Assembly (NCBI GenBank): GCA_025449695.1 | Contig: JANWIW010000027.1 | Span: 283 to 64,282, forward strand | DNA from: Minisyncoccota bacterium | GTDB lineage: Bacteria > Patescibacteriota > Minisyncoccia > UBA6257 > 2-01-FULL-56-20 | Direction of reading: 5' to 3' | DNA length: 64,000 nt | Part shown: positions 21,723 through 29,985 of the stretch, one piece after another | Numbering within the stretch: the first letter of the stretch is position 1 | Layout: the number at the start of each line of letters is the position of its first letter | Translations under genes and position numbers: made by a program | The notes under the pieces: model-generated | What the model was told of the DNA's origin: nothing | What the model saw: only the letters and a program-made list of their open reading frames with translations | Database searches by the model: none

Positions 21723-22262
21723 ATGCTTTCGATCGTCGTCGCTGTTTCCACGAACGGTGTCATCGGCCACCGCGGCCAATTGCCATGGCATCTTCCCGCC
21801 GACCTCAAGCATTTCAAGGACGTGACTGAGGGGCACGCCGTCATCATGGGACGGAAGACCTTCGAATCCATCGGCCGCCCCCTGCCGAACCGCCGCAACA
21901 TCGTAGTCACGCGGCAGGAAGACTACAAGCCCGCCTCCGCCGAGGCTTCGGTGGGCAAGCCCGCTGGCGTAGAGTTCGTGCATTCGATCGAAGAAGCTCT
22001 TGCCCTCTGTCATCCTGACCCCGCACTTGATGCGGGGGAAAGACCTTCTCCTGAAGTCTTTCTCATCGGCGGCGCGGAGCTCTACCGACAGATGTTCGAT
22101 CGCACGGACCGCATCTATCTCACCCGTATCCACGAGGATTTCGCGGGGGACGTCTTTTTTCCGGAGCTGGGCCCGGAATGGAAGGAGATATCGAAGCAAG
22201 AGGGGATAGTTGACGGGAAGAACGCATATCCCCATACTTTTCTTATCTACGAACGCAAATGA
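21723..22262 (+). CDS. folA: dihydrofolate reductase
   Basis: MLSIVVAVSTNGVIGHRGQLPWHLPADLKHFKDVTEGHAVIMGRKTFESIGRPLPNRRNIVVTRQ. Confidence 0.9.
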   Translation: MLSIVVAVSTNGVIGHRGQLPWHLPADLKHFKDVTEGHAVIMGRKTFESIGRPLPNRRNIVVTRQEDYKPASAEASVGKPAGVEFVHSIEEALALCHPDPALDAGERPSPEVFLIGGAELYRQMFDRTDRIYLTRIHEDFAGDVFFPELGPEWKEISKQEGIVDGKNAYPHTFLIYERK

Positions 22263-23020
22263 CCATTGTCGCGATCGCGGTCATCTTCATCTGCTTCCGC
22301 GTTCTCCAGGTGATCAACGGTTTCTTGTTCGCGCTCATTTTAGAGAACAAGACAGGGATATGGATAGTCATTGCAAGCGTCGCGATCATGGGAGGGCTCC
22401 ATCTTGTACGGGTTCTATTGCCAGAGAGCAAGGCTACGCGTGTCGCTGTGGTGGGTATCATGGCAATCGCCGGCGCAGCGTTATTAGCGGGACCACAATA
22501 TCTCGGAGGCTTCTTTTTCGCAGTTCTTTTTTATGTGCTGATCGGCGCGGAGCATAAGTTTTACGCCGCGCTTGAAGCCGTGGTGCGCCTGCCGGCATGG
22601 ACATCGAACCTCTTCGGTGCCGCGCTTTTCGTGCCGGCATGGTGGCTCGGTCGGTATCTCTCCCTGGATGTCGAGGCGGGGTATGTCGCCGTGTTCGCGG
22701 TGGCGGAGCTCGTCTTATTGATGCTTTGGATGCGGGAGGCCAAGGATCGTCCGGAGGATGACGGCCGCATGGACCCACCACTTTTCATGGCGCTGCCGTT
22801 TCTGGGATTTCCCATAGGTTTTTATTTCGCTTTCAAAGCGAATGGCCAGGATCTCCTAGAGGCTCCTTTGGTCTTGAACATCCTCGGAGCCCTGTATGTC
22901 GCGGGTATGATGATTGTGTATCTCGCCTTCTCGCGATGGGTGTTCGCGATTGGCAAGCGTCGTCAGAGCTCGTTTCTATCCCGCGTGGATACAGGACATC
23001 TTCATGCCGGACCGGATTGA
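22259..23020 (+). CDS. hypothetical membrane protein
   Basis: ATGA overlap with the folA stop; about 8 hydrophobic helices. Confidence 0.5.
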   Translation: MTIVAIAVIFICFRVLQVINGFLFALILENKTGIWIVIASVAIMGGLHLVRVLLPESKATRVAVVGIMAIAGAALLAGPQYLGGFFFAVLFYVLIGAEHKFYAALEAVVRLPAWTSNLFGAALFVPAWWLGRYLSLDVEAGYVAVFAVAELVLLMLWMREAKDRPEDDGRMDPPLFMALPFLGFPIGFYFAFKANGQDLLEAPLVLNILGALYVAGMMIVYLAFSRWVFAIGKRRQSSFLSRVDTGHLHAGPD

Positions 23021-23045
23021 CGGAGTGGATAAGGATACATATAAT
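23017..23045 (+). promoter_or_regulatory. near-consensus sigma70 promoter TTGACG-N17-TATAAT with no ORF downstream
   Basis: -35 at 23017-23022, 17-nt spacer, -10 at 23040-23045; nearest intrinsic terminator at 23219-23248. Confidence 0.5.
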
Positions 23046-23049
23046 CGTC

Positions 23050-23248
23050 CCACCTCTTTGAATTCAAGGTGTGGCGGCAGACCTGCCGGGTGTTTGTGGG
23101 ATCAGAAGGGCTGCCGGTTGAGTGTGAAGAGCGCTAATTGTCGGCCTTTGGAGTCTAGGGCTATGCGTTCAGCCTGGGGAAGCTAAGTCCTTTGCTTTGG
23201 CAACTCCGATCAGTCGCCACGGGCGCTTCCGAAGGGAAGCGCCTTTAT
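23050..23248 (+). ncRNA. candidate small non-coding RNA, about 200 nt, class unknown
   Basis: Bounded by a consensus promoter and a GC hairpin (GGCGCTTCC-GAAG-GGAAGCGCC) plus TTTATTC terminator; no credible ORF or SD within it. Confidence 0.35.
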
Positions 23249-23327
23249 TCATTGCGTGCAGTACGCCGTCCCCTATCCCTTGGACTATTTCTTTTAAATG
23301 AGGCTCGGTTGCGGTATAATAATCCTC

Positions 23328-23882
23328 ATGACGACGATCGGAATAGTGATCGCAGTAATAGTAGTGGTGGCCCTCTGGCTTATCGCGGTCTTCAACGGCC
23401 TGGTTCGCGCGCGTATGCGCGCGCGGGAGGCGATGTCGGACATCGACGTACAGACCAAGCGACGCTACGACCTCATCCCAAACTTGGTAGAGACTGTTAA
23501 AGGCTACGCGAAGCACGAGAGCGGCGTCTTCGAGCGGGTGACCGCGGCCCGCACCGCCGCCATGCAGGCGCCGATGGGCAATGCGAAGCTGGAGGCGGAG
23601 AACGCGCTTAGCGGGACCCTGAAATCGCTCTTTGCGGTGGCGGAGAACTACCCAGACCTCAAGGCGAACCAGAACTTCCTGCATCTCCAGCAGGAGCTCA
23701 CCGACACCGAGAACAAGATCCAGGCGTCGCGCCGCTTCTATAACTCGAATGTCATGGAGTTGAACACGAAGATCGAGACCTTCCCCACGAATCTCATCGC
23801 CGGCCCTTTCGGTTTCTCCAAGATGGAATTCTTCGAGGTTCAGAATGACGTTGAGCGCGCCCCGGTGCAGGTGAAGTTCTAG
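23328..23882 (+). CDS. lemA: LemA family protein
   Basis: N-terminal TM helix then the LemA domain (RRYDLIPNLVETVKGYAKHE ... NYPDLKANQNF ... RRFYN). ATG 23328 preferred over track start 23298. Confidence 0.8.
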   Translation: MTTIGIVIAVIVVVALWLIAVFNGLVRARMRAREAMSDIDVQTKRRYDLIPNLVETVKGYAKHESGVFERVTAARTAAMQAPMGNAKLEAENALSGTLKSLFAVAENYPDLKANQNFLHLQQELTDTENKIQASRRFYNSNVMELNTKIETFPTNLIAGPFGFSKMEFFEVQNDVERAPVQVKF

Positions 23883-23891
23883 TGCACAAGC

Positions 23892-23934
23892 GTTGTAGTT
23901 GTTCTAATCGTTCTACTCGTTGTAGCGTGGATGA
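23892..23934. repeat. same family, left arm flanking the four-helix-bundle gene (locus C-left)
   Basis: gttgta-gtt-gttcta-atc-gttcta-ctc-gttgta immediately upstream of the GTG start. Confidence 0.8.
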
Positions 23935-24321
23935 GTGGCAAAGCTGCTCTTCACCCGTTATAGATTTGAGGATCTGGAAGTATGGCAAGTCGCCCAATCT
24001 ATTGTGACGGAAACTTATAAACTCACGCGCAGCTTCCCGAGTGACGAGCGTTTTGGATTGACAAGTCAATTCAGAAGGGCCGCGATATCTATCTCTCTAA
24101 ACATCGCCGAAGGAAGCGGCCAGCAGAGTCCGAAAGGCTTTGCGAACTATGTAAATCGAGCAAAGGGCTCGTTGTTGGAATGCGTCGCGTGCGCTAGAAT
24201 TGCGGAACAGGAAGACTTCTCGCGCAACGACGATATGCGCACACTCGTCGTTTTGCTTGAGAAGGAGTATTTCAAACTGATTGCTTTAGAAAAGGCGCTA
24301 CGGAGCAGGATTCACGATTAA
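23935..24321 (+). CDS. four-helix-bundle protein (23S rRNA intervening-sequence protein family)
   Basis: DLEVWQVAQSIVTETYKLTRSFPSDERFGLTSQFRRAAISISLNIAEG matches the IVS four-helix-bundle family; GTG start; flanked by GTTCTA/TAGAAC dyad arrays. Confidence 0.8.
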   Translation: MAKLLFTRYRFEDLEVWQVAQSIVTETYKLTRSFPSDERFGLTSQFRRAAISISLNIAEGSGQQSPKGFANYVNRAKGSLLECVACARIAEQEDFSRNDDMRTLVVLLEKEYFKLIALEKALRSRIHD

Positions 24322-24336
24322 AACATTCGCATCGGT

Positions 24337-24351
24337 TACAACGATTAGAAC
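24337..24351. repeat. same family, right arm flanking the four-helix-bundle gene (locus C-right)
   Basis: tacaac-gat-tagaac between the IVS-protein stop and the htpX start. Confidence 0.7.
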
Positions 24352-24358
24352 ACTGCCC

Positions 24359-25261
24359 ATGGCCACCATCTACTCCCACAAGGACGCCAACGTACGCAAG
24401 ACCTGGTTCTTGTTTACAGGCTTCCTCGGCGTCGTCATCGCGCTCGGCTGGGTAATCTCCCAGTACTACGGCGATCCGTCCATCCTCCTCTTCGCGGTGA
24501 TCTTCTCGACGGTCATGAGCCTCGTGAGCTACTGGTATTCCGACAAGATCGTCCTCTCCATGGCCCACGCCAAGGAAGTGGACCTCAAGGCCAACCCGGA
24601 GCTCTACCGGATCGTGGAAAACCTCGCCATCACCGCCGGACTGCCCATGCCAAAGCTTTATATAGTACCCGAGGCGCAATTGAACGCCTTCGCGACCGGC
24701 AGGGACCCGAAGCATGCGGTCGTCGCCGTGACCGAAGGCCTGCTCGCGAAGCTCGATAAGACGGAGCTGGAGGGCGTCCTTGCCCATGAGATGTCGCACA
24801 TAGGGAACCGCGACATTCTGGTCAACACCATGGCGGTCATCTTGGTGGGTTTCATTTCCCTCGTCGCCGACATGTTCATGCGCTCCATCTTTTGGGGTTC
24901 CGGCAACCGCGACCGGGAGGGCGGGGGAGGAGCCATCGCCATCATCGGCCTCGCGCTCGCGATCCTCGCGCCCATCTCGGCCACGCTCCTCCAGCTGGCC
25001 ATTTCCCGCCGGCGCGAATCCCTGGCGGACGCCTCCGGCGCCCTCCTCACCCGTTACCCTCGGGGGCTTGCCTCTGCCCTGGAGAAAATCGCCCGGGACG
25101 TTACGCCCATGCGCCGCGCCCGGAATACCACCGCCCACCTTTGGATAGACGACCCTTTCACCGGCCAGCAGCGTACCGCCTGGTGGCACAAGGCATTCAT
25201 GACCCATCCTCCCATCGAGGAGCGCATCCGCGCATTGAGGGAAATGAGCTTGGGTGGATGA
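24359..25261 (+). CDS. htpX: protease HtpX (M48 family)
   Basis: N-terminal TM helices, HEMSH zinc motif (VLAHEMSHIGNRD), C-terminal TM helices. Confidence 0.9.
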   Translation: MATIYSHKDANVRKTWFLFTGFLGVVIALGWVISQYYGDPSILLFAVIFSTVMSLVSYWYSDKIVLSMAHAKEVDLKANPELYRIVENLAITAGLPMPKLYIVPEAQLNAFATGRDPKHAVVAVTEGLLAKLDKTELEGVLAHEMSHIGNRDILVNTMAVILVGFISLVADMFMRSIFWGSGNRDREGGGGAIAIIGLALAILAPISATLLQLAISRRRESLADASGALLTRYPRGLASALEKIARDVTPMRRARNTTAHLWIDDPFTGQQRTAWWHKAFMTHPPIEERIRALREMSLGG

Positions 25262-25294
25262 CCGCCATTCCGCCATTGCAGTATTCACTTACAA

Positions 25295-25342
25295 CCCTCG
25301 CCTTTCCTTAAAATGCGGCCGCATTTTAAGGAAAGGCGAGGG
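25295..25342. repeat. perfect 48-bp palindrome centred on GCGGCCGC; a degenerate second copy lies at 25433-25470
   Basis: CCCTCGCCTTTCCTTAAAATGCGGCCGCATTTTAAGGAAAGGCGAGGG; second copy CCCTTTCCTTAGGATGCGGCCGCATTTTAAGGAAAGGG. Confidence 0.8.
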
Positions 25343-25512
25343 CGTGAGAATCGCCGGTAGCAGGGTGCCACCCTGGAAAAAGCGAATACTTGGTGATATC
25401 CTTCCTCCTGTTCCCACGCCTTTCTTTCTGTCCCTTTCCTTAGGATGCGGCCGCATTTTAAGGAAAGGGAAGATGGAACAGTTGGAGATTTTCCCGGGCA
25501 ATGTAACCTGGA

Positions 25513-26214
25513 ATGAGTTCAAACATGCATCACAAATTCGGCAAGACAATCGTCATGGCCCTGGGTGGCTCTATCGTGTATCCCAGTGAGATCAATTCCC
25601 GGTTCATCCGGGATTTTAAGAGGTTCGTGGAGCGGTTCGTGAAAAAGGGCTACAAGTTCGTGATCGTGGTGGGTGGCGGGAGCATCTGCCGCGTCTATCA
25701 GAAGGCCGCGGCGGAGGTGGCACCTCTGACCGACGAAGACAAGGACTGGCTCGGCATCCACGTCACCCGCCTGAACGCGCACCTCATCCGCACCATCTTC
25801 CGTGACATCGCGAACCCGGTCGTCATAGACACGCGGGGCAAGATCAAGAAGCTGAACCATGCGGTCACCGTCGGCTCCGGCTGGCATCCCGGTTCGTCCA
25901 CCGACCACGTGGCGACCGCGCTCGCTTCCGATTTCAAGATTCCGGAGGTGGTGATCATAGGCAAGCCCGATCACGTCTACGACAAGGACCCCAACAAGTT
26001 CAAGGGCGCGAAGCCCCTGCCGCAGCTTTCCTGGAAGGCATACCGCAAGCTGATCCCTTCCGAATGGACGCCCGGTTTCCACTCGCCGGTGGACCCGCTC
26101 GCGGCGAGGTTCGGCCAGAAGGAAGGCATTGACGCCATCATCGTGAACGGAGACCTGAAGAACCTCCAGGCTCTCCTCGAAGGCAAGGAATTCAGGGGGA
26201 CCGTGATATCGTAG
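25513..26214 (+). CDS. pyrH: amino-acid-kinase family protein, UMP kinase-like
   Basis: KTIVMALGGSIV ... KFVIVVGGGSICR nucleotide-binding loops of the AAK fold; about 230 aa. Confidence 0.6.
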   Translation: MSSNMHHKFGKTIVMALGGSIVYPSEINSRFIRDFKRFVERFVKKGYKFVIVVGGGSICRVYQKAAAEVAPLTDEDKDWLGIHVTRLNAHLIRTIFRDIANPVVIDTRGKIKKLNHAVTVGSGWHPGSSTDHVATALASDFKIPEVVIIGKPDHVYDKDPNKFKGAKPLPQLSWKAYRKLIPSEWTPGFHSPVDPLAARFGQKEGIDAIIVNGDLKNLQALLEGKEFRGTVIS

Positions 26215-26226
26215 CCGCGTTCCGGC

Positions 26227-27147
26227 CTACGCCCCTGCGGTCCTCAGTGCCACTTTCGATTTCCAGAAGAAGAAGCCAATGGTCACGAAGGTCATGAACG
26301 GGGAAACCCAGCTCGGCACGTGAATGCCGAACGCGTCTATGATCATGATCGCGCCGAGGAAGAGGATGGAGTACATGGCGCCGTTCTTCAGATAGATATA
26401 TTTCTTGACCCGGTGGATGTTGCCGATGGTCATCTGCCGGACGACCAAGGCTCCGATGCCGTTCCCGATCAGGATGAGCGGCACGGCCATGGTGAATGCG
26501 AAGGCGCCGAGCACGCCGTCGATCGAGAACGTGGCGTCGATCACCTCGAGGTAGAGCAATTTGCTGAGGTCGGAGCGGTCCTTCGTGACCAAGTCCTTTT
26601 CCCGCGCTTCCGCGTTCTCCTTGAAGCCGTGGGTGATGAAGAAGACCGTCGAGCCTATGACCGCCCCGAAGGCCATAAGCTGATTCTGGGATAGGGAATA
26701 CCACACGAGCGCGGAGAGCACTATGGACACGATGGCGTAGAACCACACGCCGTTCCGCAGGAAGAACTGTTCCGTGCGCGGCAAGCCGAAGTGCTTTTCT
26801 TCCAGGAAGAGCCAATGGAAGAAGAGGAAGACCAGGAACACGCCGCCGCCCATGAGGAGGATGGGCGCCGACCTCTCGATGGATTCCATCACCGCCGGGT
26901 CGCTCGAGAAGGTGGCGGTTAGAGAGCCGAGGAGGCCAAGGGCGGGGTTGAACACCCATACGATGAGCCAGGGCAGGAGGCCTCGGATAAGGAATACGGC
27001 GATGAGCATTCCCCAAAACAGGAACCATTTCCTCGCTTTGGCGCCCATGGTGTTCAATACCTCTGCGTTGATGACGGCATTATCCACGCTCGAAACAGTC
27101 TCGAAGAGCGCGAGGCCGAGCGTGGTGATGATGAGCGACAGGATCAT
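26227..27147 (-). CDS. TerC family integral membrane protein
   Basis: Polytopic; NAVINAEVL and FSIDGVLGAFAFT motifs typical of TerC. Confidence 0.75.
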   Translation of the reverse strand: MILSLIITTLGLALFETVSSVDNAVINAEVLNTMGAKARKWFLFWGMLIAVFLIRGLLPWLIVWVFNPALGLLGSLTATFSSDPAVMESIERSAPILLMGGGVFLVFLFFHWLFLEEKHFGLPRTEQFFLRNGVWFYAIVSIVLSALVWYSLSQNQLMAFGAVIGSTVFFITHGFKENAEAREKDLVTKDRSDLSKLLYLEVIDATFSIDGVLGAFAFTMAVPLILIGNGIGALVVRQMTIGNIHRVKKYIYLKNGAMYSILFLGAIMIIDAFGIHVPSWVSPFMTFVTIGFFFWKSKVALRTAGA

Positions 27148-27226
27148 GGGATGGGTCTAATTATGCCACAGTCTAATTGCCCCTTCCTGTAAGTTGGGTT
27201 AAAATGACCCCGTTCGAAAATCCACA

Positions 27227-27311
27227 GGAGGGGTCGCATAGCGGTCTAGTGCGCACGCTTGGAAAGCGTGTGTACCGAAAGGTACCGAGGGTTCGAATCC
27301 CTCCCCCTCCG
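27227..27311 (+). tRNA. tRNA-Ser (anticodon GGA)
   Basis: Acceptor GGAGGGG/CCCCTCC, anticodon loop TTGGAAA, long variable arm, T-arm GAGGGTTCGAATCCCTC. Confidence 0.7.
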
Positions 27312-27457
27312 CGAGAAGGTCTTATGAGCGAAGCGAGCTAGGGCTTCTCGCGCCCCGCGCTGCGTCCCGCGAAGCTTTAGCGGAGTGGGATTGCTTTGTA
27401 GAACCTTCGTTCGTTGGGTAGTTTTATTTTTGTGGATTCTATGTTGTACTAAACGGT

Positions 27458-28591
27458 ATGATTGATGAGTGGCAGGAAGCCGAGTCTTTTGAAGGAAGCA
27501 CGCTTCATAGTGCGCTGGGAGGGCCCGCGGAGCATCCCGAGGCGAGCGCCAAAAGCGAGTTCGCAGAGACGATATCCCTTCTCAGGTTTTTGAACGAAGG
27601 GGCTCTTCGGGGCGTACTGACACAGTTTCTGACTCAGTTTCCCGGAAGTAGGGAAAGCATGGAGGCAGTCATAAAGAACGTGGCGCGACGCAAGATAGAG
27701 CAAAGGGATCCCGACGAGATAGACGCAATTCTTGATCAGGCTGACAAGAATGGAGCGAATCCCGAGGCGCTGGTACAAATGCTTATGCAGAGTATCTCGC
27801 TGGGTAATAGCAAATTGCGTAGGGACTGGAGTGTTTTCACGGGCGCGACCGCAAATGTACGTTTCGCGTTGTCACACGTAGAGAACGCGGAAGCCGACGT
27901 CGAGAGTGAGCTGAGAGCCCTCGCAAAGGAGAGGTCGGACCACACGGCCAGTATCACCTTTATGAAAAGACTTATACTGAAGAAGCTGCCGGACAGGGCT
28001 AAGGATATCAAAAGATTCTTCGAAGAATCTGATCTTGCGGCAGCGGAGGTTGATTACCGCGCGAGGATTTTCTTCTCTCATGGCCGCGCGGATCTCCATG
28101 ACGCTGGTCCGAAAGGAAAGCGGATGGAGGAGATACTTTCGACGCTGAAGCATGACAAGAAGGTGGAGGTGTGGCAGGACGTACAGGGCATACAAACAGC
28201 GGATGATTTTCAGGAGCGTATCTTAAACGCTATCATCCATTCCGACCGGGCAGTGGTAATGCTCGGCAACGCCTCCATTCGCAGCGAGTGGGTCTTCAGG
28301 GAAATACAGGCCTTTCAGCTTTATGGAATCGATATCGTGCCAATCCTTGTAGAGGATATTGTCCCGCCCGACCAAGAGAAAGAACCTGAAGCATGGGCCC
28401 GCTATCAGGAGATCCGAGAGCGTATAGGCGCACTCAATTATATTGACGTGCGCAAATTAGAACCCTTGCCCTCTGCCGGGAAGGAAAAAGCTTCGGAATC
28501 GGCGGCATTGCGCAAGAAGATCTCGGGCGATTTCGAGAGACTGCTCCCTTTGAACGATCAGGAGCGTTTCGATCGATTCTATAAAGTCTGA
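27458..28591 (+). CDS. TIR-domain protein (C-terminal TIR, N-terminal helical domain of unknown function)
   Basis: TIR box 1 RIFFSHGRAD and catalytic-Glu motif SIRSEWVFREIQ at about aa 205-340; gene is about 50% GC against about 62% in flanks and follows tRNA-Ser. Confidence 0.7.
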   Translation: MIDEWQEAESFEGSTLHSALGGPAEHPEASAKSEFAETISLLRFLNEGALRGVLTQFLTQFPGSRESMEAVIKNVARRKIEQRDPDEIDAILDQADKNGANPEALVQMLMQSISLGNSKLRRDWSVFTGATANVRFALSHVENAEADVESELRALAKERSDHTASITFMKRLILKKLPDRAKDIKRFFEESDLAAAEVDYRARIFFSHGRADLHDAGPKGKRMEEILSTLKHDKKVEVWQDVQGIQTADDFQERILNAIIHSDRAVVMLGNASIRSEWVFREIQAFQLYGIDIVPILVEDIVPPDQEKEPEAWARYQEIRERIGALNYIDVRKLEPLPSAGKEKASESAALRKKISGDFERLLPLNDQERFDRFYKV

Positions 28592-28627
28592 TCTTCAATA
28601 GAGTACCGCAAGGCCAAAATTTCAACA

Positions 28628-28659
28628 GCCGCTCCGTGAGGAGCGGCCGTCGATGTTTT
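28628..28659 (+). terminator. bidirectional terminator between the TIR gene and the convergent operon
   Basis: GCCGCTCC-GTGAG-GAGCGGC followed by CGTCGATGTTTTC. Confidence 0.5.
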
Positions 28660-28677
28660 CGCGATTGAGAATCACGA

Positions 28678-29223
28678 TCAGTTGATGCCGAGGAATCCGC
28701 CGTCGCCTGCGGTGCGGAAGAGGGTCTTCAAGATGTCGTGGGCGGCGAGCCAGTGCGTGGCATCGTCTCCGGTCATGACAGCCGTCACCTTTGCCGTAAG
28801 CGACTCACCCTCCATCTTCTCGATGGCGGCGAGGAGCTTGGCACAGGTGGCCCCCGCGATGACGACCGGCGTTCCATGATCTACCACGTCGATGGCGCGG
28901 ATGAAGGTGGAGAACGGCCGCCGCGTACGAAGCGCGTCCACGGTCGTGCCGCCTACCTTGGCGAGGCCCTCGAGCCACCACGTGGGGGCGCCACTCGGCC
29001 GACGATAGCTGACTCCCGCGCCGTTCTCCGCGACGTAGCAGCCGGATTCGATGCCCCGGCTGAAACCGCGGGTCTTCGTCGACGGGTACACGCCGAAGTG
29101 CTCCATCATGCAGAAGCCCTCGGCGTGGATCTCCCGGTCGCTCATCCTGCCGCCGCCCGGCTTCGGATGCACTTCGTGGGTCACGCGTTGGACGTTGCTC
29201 ATCGCTCGCATAACAATACTCAT
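28678..29223 (-). CDS. hypothetical protein, 181 aa
   Basis: High GC3 on minus; SD GAGAGGAAA upstream of ATG 29223; track start 29319 is an extension. No family recognised. Confidence 0.5.
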   Translation of the reverse strand: MSIVMRAMSNVQRVTHEVHPKPGGGRMSDREIHAEGFCMMEHFGVYPSTKTRGFSRGIESGCYVAENGAGVSYRRPSGAPTWWLEGLAKVGGTTVDALRTRRPFSTFIRAIDVVDHGTPVVIAGATCAKLLAAIEKMEGESLTAKVTAVMTGDDATHWLAAHDILKTLFRTAGDGGFLGIN

Positions 29224-29239
29224 CGTCGTTTCCTCTCTG

Positions 29240-29848
29240 TTACCGCTGGTAGTTCCTGAATTCGATGTCGAGCGTCCGACGGTCGATCCCGATCGCCACC
29301 GAGCCTTCGTCGCGCGCACCCTCGCCGCTTTTGAGGCGAGTGCCGTTCGGCGACAGGGTCATGCGGTCGTGGACGCTGATGTAGACCGTCGTGACGCCTT
29401 CCCGCTCCCACGCGTAATACTTGCAGGTCCAGTGGAACTGGAGCCGGCTCGTCATCCAGCGCGTTTCGATGACGCGCTCCTTGGTGTCGCGGCCGCAGAA
29501 AGATTCGAGGCGTCCTTCCACTTCGCGGATGTCCTTTGCGTCGCCGACGATCTTCTCGATCTCGTCGACTGCGGGAGCGATCTGCTGGCGGAACACGGCG
29601 CGCGTCTGGACGCAGATGAGAAGAATGAGAGCGAGAATTGCGAGAGCGGGCATGAAACCGATGCTGAGCAGACTGCCTGCAGTCGTGGGTTGTCTCGGGG
29701 TCGTGGTCGTCTGAGCTTTCACATTGCCTCCTGTTGTTGGTTGAACTGAAATTTCCTCGGTCGTATGGGCCGAGGACCGGGAAGAAGGCGAGTGAGCGCC
29801 CTCTTCCCGACCTCCGGCTATATCAAGAAGCGTTTCCATATTATACAA
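29240..29848 (-). CDS. hypothetical membrane-anchored protein (S/T/P-rich N-terminus, one TM)
   Basis: TM segment ALAILALILLICV; stop lies 17 nt upstream of the next gene's start (operon). Start may be ATG 29839 rather than TTG 29848. Confidence 0.5.
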   Translation of the reverse strand: MYNMETLLDIAGGREEGAHSPSSRSSAHTTEEISVQPTTGGNVKAQTTTTPRQPTTAGSLLSIGFMPALAILALILLICVQTRAVFRQQIAPAVDEIEKIVGDAKDIREVEGRLESFCGRDTKERVIETRWMTSRLQFHWTCKYYAWEREGVTTVYISVHDRMTLSPNGTRLKSGEGARDEGSVAIGIDRRTLDIEFRNYQR

Positions 29849-29985
29849 TATACACGGTAAATGTCAAAGCAGTGCATTGGATGTGCCCGGAGGTCGAATT
29901 TTGATATAAACTCGCGTGCTCGGCAGCATGCCTGTGGAAAGAGAACTGATCTGCGGGGGCTTCAACACCATCTCCCTATACCCCG

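Noticed and set aside
26192-27028. 278-aa minus-strand ORF in an alternative frame of the TerC gene
   Set aside because: Arg/Pro/His-rich with no membrane character, whereas the TerC frame has clear polytopic helices and family motifs.
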